This document shows, one piece after another, positions 56,081 to 64,000 of a stretch of DNA of 64,000 nt. A program made the translations under genes and the position numbers. The stretch is from contig CAYJKF010000001.1 of assembly GCA_964370865.1 (NCBI GenBank), forward strand, positions 111,766 to 175,765, in the 5' to 3' direction. This DNA comes from an uncultured Candidatus Saccharibacteria bacterium (GTDB lineage: Bacteria; Patescibacteriota; WWE3; 2-01-FULL-39-13). The notes beneath the pieces are model-generated. The model searched no databases. It saw only the letters and a program-made list of their open reading frames with translations, and had not been told where the DNA came from. The stretch's first letter is position 1. Each line of letters opens with the position of its first letter.

Positions 56081-57044
56081 CTACGGTTTCTGCAAAGAGT
56101 GGCAGTACATTTGTAATCACTACAATAATAATTGTCATTAAAATTACTGAGAATAGTAAAGGGCGATCATTCAGCAAGACTCTTTCTGGACTTTCCCCTT
56201 CTTTCTTCTCGTAAATTACATATAAATATCTAGCGACTCCATAAATTACGATTGGAATAGTTAACATTAATAACTTTGGCCCGGCTAAAGTGGATGGAAG
56301 AAATTTTCCAAATTCCCCTTGAAATGGATTGTCTGGAGATGTTTGAAACGCAAATAAAGCGTATGTGATTATAGAAAAAGACGCCGACATTGAAATCATT
56401 GAGTCTAATAAATTATCTGGATAGTGTTTTAAAATAGTTCGTGTACTCTCTCTCGAAATTCCTTGGGCTTCAAGCAATGTTCTTTCTGCACGTCTCTTTC
56501 CAAAAGCTAGTAGAAGTGACGCCCCAGTAATTGCCAGTATCAACCAAGACGAAATTGATAACGGAATTGCTAAAGCTCCTGCAAATGCTCTAAGAATAAA
56601 ACCTAATGAAATCGTTAAAGCATCAACAATTATTACATCTTTTAGCTTAAGGTTATAAGCCATTTGAAGTAACACATATATACAGAGTACAATCCCAAAA
56701 TACTTTCCAACATTTACAAATGAAAGAGGCAAAAATACTGCAAAAATTACCAACGCGATAGCGATGGCCAATCGAACAGGAAGCTTTCCTGACGCGATTG
56801 GCCTATTCTTTTTAACAGGATGAAGCTTATCTTTTTCAATATCCTTTATATCATTTATTAGGTAGACTCCGGAAGCTATAACACTAAAGAATACAAATGC
56901 ACTCGTGGATTTCCAAAAAATTTCAGCATTAAAAAGTTCTCCAGAGAAGATTACAGGGGCAAAAATTATAAGATTCTTAATCCATTGCCTTGGCCTAAAC
57001 GCTCGAATAATATGATAGATTAAATGATCCGACTTCAATACCAT
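56073..57044 (-). CDS. UbiA-family decaprenyl-phosphate phosphoribosyltransferase-like protein
   Basis: 'RPRQWIKN', 'YLINDI.D...DKLHPVKKNRPIASG', 'GFILRAFAG', 'GKRRAE', 'GESPE'. Confidence 0.88.
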   Translation of the reverse strand: MVLKSDHLIYHIIRAFRPRQWIKNLIIFAPVIFSGELFNAEIFWKSTSAFVFFSVIASGVYLINDIKDIEKDKLHPVKKNRPIASGKLPVRLAIAIALVIFAVFLPLSFVNVGKYFGIVLCIYVLLQMAYNLKLKDVIIVDALTISLGFILRAFAGALAIPLSISSWLILAITGASLLLAFGKRRAERTLLEAQGISRESTRTILKHYPDNLLDSMISMSASFSIITYALFAFQTSPDNPFQGEFGKFLPSTLAGPKLLMLTIPIVIYGVARYLYVIYEKKEGESPERVLLNDRPLLFSVILMTIIIVVITNVLPLFAETVVI

Positions 57045-57066
57045 TTGATGCAATTATAGCAAACCG

Positions 57067-57618
57067 CTAGATTTTGATTTTTCTACCTATCTTCGCTATT
57101 AAATCTTCGTAAAAGGTACTCTCTGGTTCTTCTTCTATTGATAGATACTCGTTTACAATACGTACCAGCGCCGTTTTATCCATATCGTTTGGAAGTATAA
57201 GAAATAATCTCCCAGGTAAGGGATCTACTGTGTTAAAAGTCAAAAGCTCGTAACCATATTTTTTTTCTAAGAAAAAGTTCTTGAAATAGTCCCACTTGTA
57301 TAAATGTGCGGACGCATAATGTACTCCACTCGTACTTATTTTATGAACTACATTTTTTGGCGGGATTGAGGTAGCAACGTATACGACGAAATAAACCGCA
57401 AACAACACAAGAACAAAAACAATCTCTTTAAATATTAGAAGTAATATAGAAAAGAAAATAATAATCACCGCGATTTTTCTGTAAAATTCTCTGGATTTTT
57501 TCACGAAAATTCTTTCAGGGGCTTCCCATTCTAGAAGTACTTGTGTTGGTTTTATGATTTTAGGGGCACTCTCTACCTCGGTTTGCTCTGGTGGTAAGAA
57601 TTTACTAAAAATAGCCAT
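57067..57618 (-). CDS. Conserved hypothetical membrane protein
   Basis: 'LLEWEAPER', two TMs, PH-like tail 'LYKWDYFKNF'. Confidence 0.6.
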   Translation of the reverse strand: MAIFSKFLPPEQTEVESAPKIIKPTQVLLEWEAPERIFVKKSREFYRKIAVIIIFFSILLLIFKEIVFVLVLFAVYFVVYVATSIPPKNVVHKISTSGVHYASAHLYKWDYFKNFFLEKKYGYELLTFNTVDPLPGRLFLILPNDMDKTALVRIVNEYLSIEEEPESTFYEDLIAKIGRKIKI

Positions 57619-57641
57619 TTGATATAGCTATATTAACATAA

Positions 57642-58205
57642 CTATATCTTCGTATCATACAACCGTGTATGAGCCGCGTCTGAGACCGAAATGATATGTT
57701 CAAAGCCTGTATCGTCAATATCTATGATTGTTAAAGAAGTATTATGAATAACAAAATGTGTAAATGTAGTTGGACTGGCCTCTCCCAATATTCGCATTAA
57801 TAAAGATCTTATTAGATTGCCATGTGTAAACAGAATAATTTCTTCATTTAAGTGACGTTTAACAAATCTGTGAAATAATTCATAGATTCTATCAGAATGC
57901 TCTTTCAAATCCTTTATCCCAGCAACGGGAGTAGGTTGCCCTGGTCTTGGCCAATCATCATTTCCCACCTCATTTAAGGCTGAGGTGTAAATAACAGGCA
58001 TTTCATGAACTTCGTTAACAATTTGGCAGGTTTCCATTGCTCTTTGAAGTCGACTACAGTACATAGTATTAAATTTGTTTTCTTTTAAACGTCGGGCAAG
58101 TTGTAACGCTTGGATTTTTCCTTGGTTATTTAATGGATAATTATCTAACTGAAGACCATCAAGTCCATAAGCATCCCCATGCCTGACTAGATAAATACGA
58201 GTCAT
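57642..58205 (-). CDS. Histidine phosphatase family protein
   Basis: 'YLVRHG', 'SRLQRAMET', 'LFTHGNLIR', 'HNTSLT'. Confidence 0.92.
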   Translation of the reverse strand: MTRIYLVRHGDAYGLDGLQLDNYPLNNQGKIQALQLARRLKENKFNTMYCSRLQRAMETCQIVNEVHEMPVIYTSALNEVGNDDWPRPGQPTPVAGIKDLKEHSDRIYELFHRFVKRHLNEEIILFTHGNLIRSLLMRILGEASPTTFTHFVIHNTSLTIIDIDDTGFEHIISVSDAAHTRLYDTKI

Positions 58206-58305
58206 ATATATTTATAGTAGCAGAAAAACACATCTCTTAGTAGGAATTTTATGCGGATTTAAGCGCTAAAATCGTGATACAATTGCGTAGTTACAGGCTA
58301 AACGA

Positions 58306-58398
58306 GGAGGGATGGCCGAGTGGTTTAAGGCGACGGTTTGCTAAACCGTTGGGGGTCTAAAAGCTCCCGCGCAGGTTCAAATCCTGTTCCCTCCGCCA
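58306..58398 (+). tRNA. tRNA-Ser (GCT)
   Basis: Anticodon arm ACGGT-TTGCTAA-ACCGT, long variable arm, G73, encoded CCA. Confidence 0.95.
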
Positions 58399-58401
58399 AG
58401 A

Positions 58402-59343
58402 TTATTCGAATAACAAATACTGTATATAACTTGACAGGTCAGGGTGGTTATTCAAATAATCTCCAATAGTTCGAGAGGTAATCGGACCTCCAGCATTAAA
58501 TTCCCTCGCAAAATCTGGAGAGAAACGCGAAAGATATTTAATAATCCTAATTTGAAAACCTGGTCCTAGATTTGACTGTACATAATGCTCAAACTTAGCC
58601 TTATATGGATCTTCCGGTAATGCGCACCAGCAGTCCAAAAGGCCTTTTAGTAGATTTGCTTCTTCTCTTGCTAACTCTGGATGAACCTGTAAGGCAGACT
58701 GAAAACCTAATTCTTTATAATCATCGGTTAGATGAAATCCCCGATGAAGTCTCCACGAATTCCCTGAAGGAGCTTTTGAAAACCCAACGGCAACACTCTT
58801 AAAAGGATAAGTCATTTTTTTCCCTCTCCTTGTATTATCCATCTGGGAAAATTCCATCTCAATTGAACAAAACTCATCTGTTTTAGTAAATATTAGAAAC
58901 CCCATATTTTCCATCCTTAATCTTATGATTTTGCCTTCAGAAAGTGAATTATCAACTAGTGTCGGCTGAAATGAGGGTAGTACTCCTTTTTGATACGTTC
59001 CTAAACGAGAGACTCTAGGTAAGTCTTGCATCTTCACTGGCGCCAAACCAAGGTTGTTAAGTACAGTGTGAGAAATATTATCGGGATCAAAAACTCTAGA
59101 ATTACTATTAAAATACGCCCAGGTAGAATCAGAAAACGTCTGCTCCACTACGGTTAAGAACGTCTGGTCGAACTCAGGAAAACCTTTAGCCGAGGGATTT
59201 CTTTGACAAGTTTTAAGATGATTAGAAGCTTCGATAAAAATGTCGTAGGCGTCGTCTAGAGCCGTAACCCATGGGTCGAGCTCTCTTCGAGCCTGCTCAA
59301 TCTCTTCATATTTTGGGTCAAAATTACTAAATTCGTCGCTCAT
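58402..59343 (-). CDS. Hypothetical protein (orphan-like)
   Basis: 313-aa ORF with no recognisable motif, converging on tRNA-Ser. Confidence 0.6.
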   Translation of the reverse strand: MSDEFSNFDPKYEEIEQARRELDPWVTALDDAYDIFIEASNHLKTCQRNPSAKGFPEFDQTFLTVVEQTFSDSTWAYFNSNSRVFDPDNISHTVLNNLGLAPVKMQDLPRVSRLGTYQKGVLPSFQPTLVDNSLSEGKIIRLRMENMGFLIFTKTDEFCSIEMEFSQMDNTRRGKKMTYPFKSVAVGFSKAPSGNSWRLHRGFHLTDDYKELGFQSALQVHPELAREEANLLKGLLDCWCALPEDPYKAKFEHYVQSNLGPGFQIRIIKYLSRFSPDFAREFNAGGPITSRTIGDYLNNHPDLSSYIQYLLFE

Positions 59344-59402
59344 GGCTATAGGGTACTATATTTATTGGAAAAGTAAATCGATAAATTTGGTAAAATAAAT
59401 AC

Positions 59403-59888
59403 ATGAAACATAACCACCTAGCAATCTGGATACTAGTTTTAGCTCTGCAAGTTTATTCTTTACTTTGGTACTCCGCACCGATGTTTGGGGGGCAATGGGC
59501 AAGACTCCAAGGCAAAGAAACCGTTGTGAATGTTTCAACCGACCCATTTCCATATATTGTTAATATTTTAGCTACGGTTATTCTTGCTTACATAACCTCT
59601 GTACTCATAAATAAATTTAGTTTATTTAATGTAGCCAAATCTGCACTAGTTGGTTTTTTAATTTCTATTGGATTTGTATTACCTACACTTTTTAGCCGCT
59701 ATGCATTTATGCAATTAAACTTTTTAATTGCATTAATAGATGCAGGAGTTGTTTCATCGGTAGTTGTAATATCCTTTGTAGTTCTTTCGTTATTTAGAAG
59801 CAAGGAAACAACAGTCAAGGCCGACTCGATAGAAGAGAGCTTACCAGAAGAACCAGCGGATGAAGTTACGGTCGTAGAGGATCTTTAA
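59403..59888 (+). CDS. DUF1761 family membrane protein
   Basis: 'LWYSAPMFGGQWA.L.G', 'ALIDAG', four TMs. Confidence 0.8.
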   Translation: MKHNHLAIWILVLALQVYSLLWYSAPMFGGQWARLQGKETVVNVSTDPFPYIVNILATVILAYITSVLINKFSLFNVAKSALVGFLISIGFVLPTLFSRYAFMQLNFLIALIDAGVVSSVVVISFVVLSLFRSKETTVKADSIEESLPEEPADEVTVVEDL

Positions 59889-60880
59889 ATATCCAAGAGT
59901 TTCATTGCCGTTTTAACTTCATGTAAAGTTTCTGAAGCAATTTCTCTTGCCCGGTTAGTTCCAAATTTTAGAATATCCATTAACAAAGATTGATCCTCAT
60001 AAAGTTTTCTACTTTCTCTTATTGGGTCAAGAAAAGAATTAACCGCAATCACTAATTTTTGTTTAACTTCGATATCTCCAACTTCACCTTTTACATATCT
60101 ATTTTTTAGGTCTTCAACTTCTGATTTATTTGGATTAAAAATATCGTGGTAAATAAAAACGGGATTACCTTCGACTTTTCCTGGATCAGTTGCCCTAATT
60201 CTATTTGGATCTGTGTACATCGACATTATTTTCGTTTTAACCATCTCTGAATCATCATCAAGATAAATAGCGTTATTAGAGGATTTTCCCATTTTAGAAC
60301 TATTATCTAAACCAATAAGTCTTGCGGTCTCTCCCACTTTTGCTTCTGGAACTGGAAACACCTCCCCATAAACAGAATTAAATTTGCGAACGATTTCTCT
60401 TGTTTGTTCTATATGAGGTAATTGGTCTTCACCCACGGGCACAAGATTTGCTTTAAAAATTGTTATGTCTGCGGCCTGTGAAACTGGATACATGAAAAAC
60501 CCAAGTGGCACACCTTCATTAAACTTTTGTTTCTCTTTTATTTCATCCTTAACAGTAGGATTTCTTTCGAGCCGAGCAGTTGTTACTAAATTTGCATAAA
60601 AAATAGTTAGCTCTGCAATTTGTGGAATTGCAGACTGTAATAGGAAAGTAACCTTCTTTGGATCCAATCCTACTGCTAAATTATCTTGCAAAACTTGTAA
60701 TGTATTTTTTGAAACTTTTTCTGGATCGTCAAAATTATCAGTCAAAGCCTGAACATCTGCAATCATAATAAATGTTTCATAGTCGTCTTGAAGCCGCACT
60801 CTATTTGCAAGTGTTCCAACATAATGACCAAGATGTAGATGACCAGTAGGACGATCACCCGTTAAAATTCGTTTCTTCAT
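59885..60880 (-). CDS. trpS: Tryptophan--tRNA ligase
   Basis: 'TGDRPTGHLHLGHY', 'YPVSQAADI', 'VPVGEDQ', 'KMGKS'. Confidence 0.97.
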   Translation of the reverse strand: MKKRILTGDRPTGHLHLGHYVGTLANRVRLQDDYETFIMIADVQALTDNFDDPEKVSKNTLQVLQDNLAVGLDPKKVTFLLQSAIPQIAELTIFYANLVTTARLERNPTVKDEIKEKQKFNEGVPLGFFMYPVSQAADITIFKANLVPVGEDQLPHIEQTREIVRKFNSVYGEVFPVPEAKVGETARLIGLDNSSKMGKSSNNAIYLDDDSEMVKTKIMSMYTDPNRIRATDPGKVEGNPVFIYHDIFNPNKSEVEDLKNRYVKGEVGDIEVKQKLVIAVNSFLDPIRESRKLYEDQSLLMDILKFGTNRAREIASETLHEVKTAMKLLDI

Positions 60881-60889
60881 ATAGGAATA

Positions 60890-63800
60890 TTATACGTTAT
60901 TCTTTTTACGTCTTCGAAAAATAAACAAGAAGACTGCGGACAGGATTATTCCAACGGTAAAACCATACACATATTTAAGTTTTGACTGTGTACCATTTTC
61001 CTCTAGTTGAATTTTTATCTCAATTCTTTTGTTATCAGAAGTGGAATCAATCGTAAACTCTTGCTTTGCTAATAAATCTCCTTTATAGATTTCGAGTTTA
61101 TGTGCACCTTTTTCTACATTTGTAAATAGGACCTCACCCTTTTCGTCTGTAATCCCCTCTTGAACTTCTGAATGAAGAATGACCTTGGCGCCAATAACAG
61201 CGTTTTGATTTTTATCTACTATCTGTAAAAGTAAACTTTCAATTCTTTCTTGAGGTAAAACTTCTGTGTTTGTTTCGTTTTCAGTTGTAACCGAATGCGT
61301 AGGTGAAATAATCTCCTCCGCTTCTTCAATAACTTCGGTCTTTCCGGGGAATACTTCCGTTTCAGAATTCTCGACAACCGACTTAATTAAAAGGCTACTC
61401 GATTCACCACTCTTCAAGGTTTTAACTGAAATATGATCTGACCAATCGCTATCTCCACAATCATGAGTTGCTCTAATTTGGAAAAAGTATTCAGTATCGA
61501 TCTCCAGACTTTTAATAGTATCTGATAAATCACCTCTTTTTGAAATATTTCTTATAGTTTTTTCATGCGTTACTTTTGACTTGCCATACCTTAAATCAAA
61601 AGTCTCGTAATCATCTTTTAACTCTCCATAGAATAGCTTAATTTCTGAAGGACTTTCGGCAATGGCTGATATTATTTTTGGCTCTCTGGGAATATCATCA
61701 TCTTCACATTGATCGTTTTCACTGCTACTTGCTTCAACTTCTTCCGGAGGAGTTGGTGTCGGCGTTGGTGTAGGAGTAGGCGTTGGCGTCGGCGTTATAT
61801 AGTTAAAAGTAATATCTTGTAGCTCTGAACTAGCAGAAGAGGTTCCTCCAAAATTTGCACGGTACTGTAGGTACCTTCCTACCAATCCGATTTCATCTAA
61901 ATCACTAAAATCACTGGACCAAGAAGACCAGGTAATTGCATCATCAGAGGTCCTCGCTTGAATTCCAAGAGTAGTGCTTCCGGGGAGTTCTAGATTATAA
62001 GACAGCTCACCCCACTCGGTGTTGGCAGTCTGCGAATCGAGAAAACATGAATTATAGACACCAGAAGTGGCGGTATACGATTCTGGTGTATCTATCCAAT
62101 CCAGAGTAAGATCCGAACCCGACGTCGTTGTATTATTGGAAAGAATTACAACTTGATTCGACGCTGGAATATTTGTAGTCACGGTATCTACTAAGACATC
62201 ATCGATATAGTATCTAACTTCAGTTGTATCCCAATCAATTTTATATTTATGAAATGCTCCCAGATACGAAGTCCCTAGCGTTGTCTGTGTCTGACTACCC
62301 CCATCGTAAGTTCGCGTTTTTAAAGTAGCTTCATTCCCTGTACTAAACATAACAAATGTGTTAAACCCTTCATCCGATGCAAATCCAATATGTTGGTCAT
62401 TATGAGCCGTAAATTGTGCTCTAAATTCTAGCGTTGTTCCTACGGCAAAACTAGAACTAGTTTTCACATAAACTCCAGTGGAGTTTTTATAGACCAGTAG
62501 ATTTCCATCGGGGATAGGATCAAAGAAACCTGAAGCATATACGCCGCCCGTCCATTTATCTGAAAAAAGACTTGTGTAAGGAACCTGAGGTGTCTGAAAA
62601 TCATCAGCAAGAGTATTAAGAAGTGAAATTTCCCCTCCCTCTCGATTCTTCACCACCGTATCCTCAAGTACAGCGCATGAACCACCAAATACATCCCAGT
62701 CAGTCTGAACATATGGGGAGCTTGCTACATTGATATCTGAAAAAGTATTACTGTCAGAGAGTGTTACATAGCCAAAATGGATTTCATGGGGAGGAGTGCT
62801 AGCATCCAACGCGTTATTGAGTCTGTAAAACAACAGAATTTTATCATCAACTCTAGATTCATAAGTAATGGGAATATCTATGGAACGATTCGGAACAGTG
62901 TAGTACGAAACCGATGAGGACCAACTATTTCCATCAAAGGTTTTATAGTAAGTATGCCCACAAACAGAAGCATCCCCACTTATTAAATAAAAGTAATAAA
63001 GGTTGTCTTCAACATTGTCATAACTTATATCAAAAGTTGGGTATAAACAATGTGTTCCACTTGCCGAATATACATTGCTTACAAGTGAAACGGTATCATC
63101 CGCACTAACTTCGAAAAGACTTTGAGTATCACCCGACCCACCTGTGATCCAGCGAGCAATTCCAATATAAACTTTTTCATGTGCATAAATGGGTTTGCTT
63201 ATGAGCTCATGTTTTAACGAATAACCGCTATTATTATTGATTGGACCACCAAACTCTTCGGCTGTAGTCCAACTACCGCTCCAATTCATTTCGACTTCAT
63301 CATAATTCAACCGACGATAAATATACGTATCATTACCCGAAGCAAAATAGTACAAGTCATTTATATTGGGACCACTATCAACGACTAGAGCAGATTGTTG
63401 TTGGACCGCCGCCGAACCAGACACAACATAAAGAATATTGTAATCGACTAATGCATTAGAGACAGAAGTATCCGAAACTCCATTGAGCGCGTCCCAATTT
63501 CCAGCAATAAAATCGTTTGAATTATTGCTTAAGATACGTGTAGTTGCACGAAATTCCGTAATATCTTCTCCCGAACAACCCGTTTTTCCAGCAAACCACA
63601 TTGCCACTAATACTTTTTGCCCATTAAATTCTTTTAAAATTGCGATGGGGTTATATCCCCACATATCACTACACCCCGTCCCGTCATCTAATTTAAGGTT
63701 TGTTGTCCCGGGGTCTACTACAAAGCCAGTTATTTCATAATTAGAATTTCGAGTGATTTTTATTCGTGTGTAGTAAACAGCTCCACCAACAACATTTCCA

Positions 63801-64000
63801 ATTGCATGCAATTTGTCAGTGGAATCATCATAAACAACAGATGATCGATTCAGGATCGTCGTTGTGGCAAAATCAAACTCATTCCAATTAACTCCTTTAT
63901 CATTACTGTAAGCAATTCGAAGGCTACTATCTCCGTGTTCCTGAATTGGAACCATGTAGTGCCCATACGCATCAATCATGATTGGTCTGCCCTGTGACCA
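60890..64000 (-). CDS. Large surface protein, 5'-truncated: BNR/sialidase-like propeller, ConA/LamG-like domain, PT linker, FN3, carboxypeptidase-regulatory-like domain, C-terminal TM anchor
   Basis: Frame open to the window end; 'YSNDKGVNW' Asp-box, 'FHKYKIDW...YYIDD', (TP)n, 'YFFQIRA', TM + RRRKK tail. Confidence 0.75.
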   Translation of the reverse strand, partial: WSQGRPIMIDAYGHYMVPIQEHGDSSLRIAYSNDKGVNWNEFDFATTTILNRSSVVYDDSTDKLHAIGNVVGGAVYYTRIKITRNSNYEITGFVVDPGTTNLKLDDGTGCSDMWGYNPIAILKEFNGQKVLVAMWFAGKTGCSGEDITEFRATTRILSNNSNDFIAGNWDALNGVSDTSVSNALVDYNILYVVSGSAAVQQQSALVVDSGPNINDLYYFASGNDTYIYRRLNYDEVEMNWSGSWTTAEEFGGPINNNSGYSLKHELISKPIYAHEKVYIGIARWITGGSGDTQSLFEVSADDTVSLVSNVYSASGTHCLYPTFDISYDNVEDNLYYFYLISGDASVCGHTYYKTFDGNSWSSSVSYYTVPNRSIDIPITYESRVDDKILLFYRLNNALDASTPPHEIHFGYVTLSDSNTFSDINVASSPYVQTDWDVFGGSCAVLEDTVVKNREGGEISLLNTLADDFQTPQVPYTSLFSDKWTGGVYASGFFDPIPDGNLLVYKNSTGVYVKTSSSFAVGTTLEFRAQFTAHNDQHIGFASDEGFNTFVMFSTGNEATLKTRTYDGGSQTQTTLGTSYLGAFHKYKIDWDTTEVRYYIDDVLVDTVTTNIPASNQVVILSNNTTTSGSDLTLDWIDTPESYTATSGVYNSCFLDSQTANTEWGELSYNLELPGSTTLGIQARTSDDAITWSSWSSDFSDLDEIGLVGRYLQYRANFGGTSSASSELQDITFNYITPTPTPTPTPTPTPTPPEEVEASSSENDQCEDDDIPREPKIISAIAESPSEIKLFYGELKDDYETFDLRYGKSKVTHEKTIRNISKRGDLSDTIKSLEIDTEYFFQIRATHDCGDSDWSDHISVKTLKSGESSSLLIKSVVENSETEVFPGKTEVIEEAEEIISPTHSVTTENETNTEVLPQERIESLLLQIVDKNQNAVIGAKVILHSEVQEGITDEKGEVLFTNVEKGAHKLEIYKGDLLAKQEFTIDSTSDNKRIEIKIQLEENGTQSKLKYVYGFTVGIILSAVFLFIFRRRKKNNV

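Noticed and set aside
61750-61796. Short tandem repeats GTTGGTGTCGGC-like
   Set aside because: Encodes the (TP)n linker; no spacers, not CRISPR

Overview
AT-rich bacterial chromosome segment using the standard code 11 (TGA ends bpsA-like and tatD). Gene content fits a Patescibacteria/CPR organism, probably Microgenomates/WWE3-like (inference). Core genes: rnhA-like, rplY, valS, NAD kinase, rluB-like, groES/groEL, pnp, rpsO, a short infB, nusA, tatD and trpS, plus four tRNAs (Phe-GAA, Cys-GCA, Ser-GCT and the rare Ile-UAU). A chromosomal T4SS-like system is split into two loci. The first (1.2-16 kb) has five VirB2/TrbC-like pilins, a VirB6-like membrane protein and large cell-surface hydrolases. 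The second (33-38.6 kb) has PrgI and VirB4-like genes. No relaxase, coupling protein or integrase is visible in the window. Most notable observations: (1) an apparently circularly permuted clan GH-A glycosidase barrel, and a permuted SpoIID domain, in the pilin locus; (2) an orphan gene behind an attenuator-like leader whose predicted 5' end is exactly complementary to its own 3' terminator; (3) a rod-like structured RNA candidate upstream of rplY; (4) a BpsA-like + SpeD polyamine pair; (5) a GT2-CruF-like fusion; (6) pervasive leaderless promoter architecture; (7) an IMPase gene broken by one in-frame TAA. All family calls come from reading motifs by eye; no database searches or folding programs were run. 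No CRISPR array, rRNA or transposase was seen.
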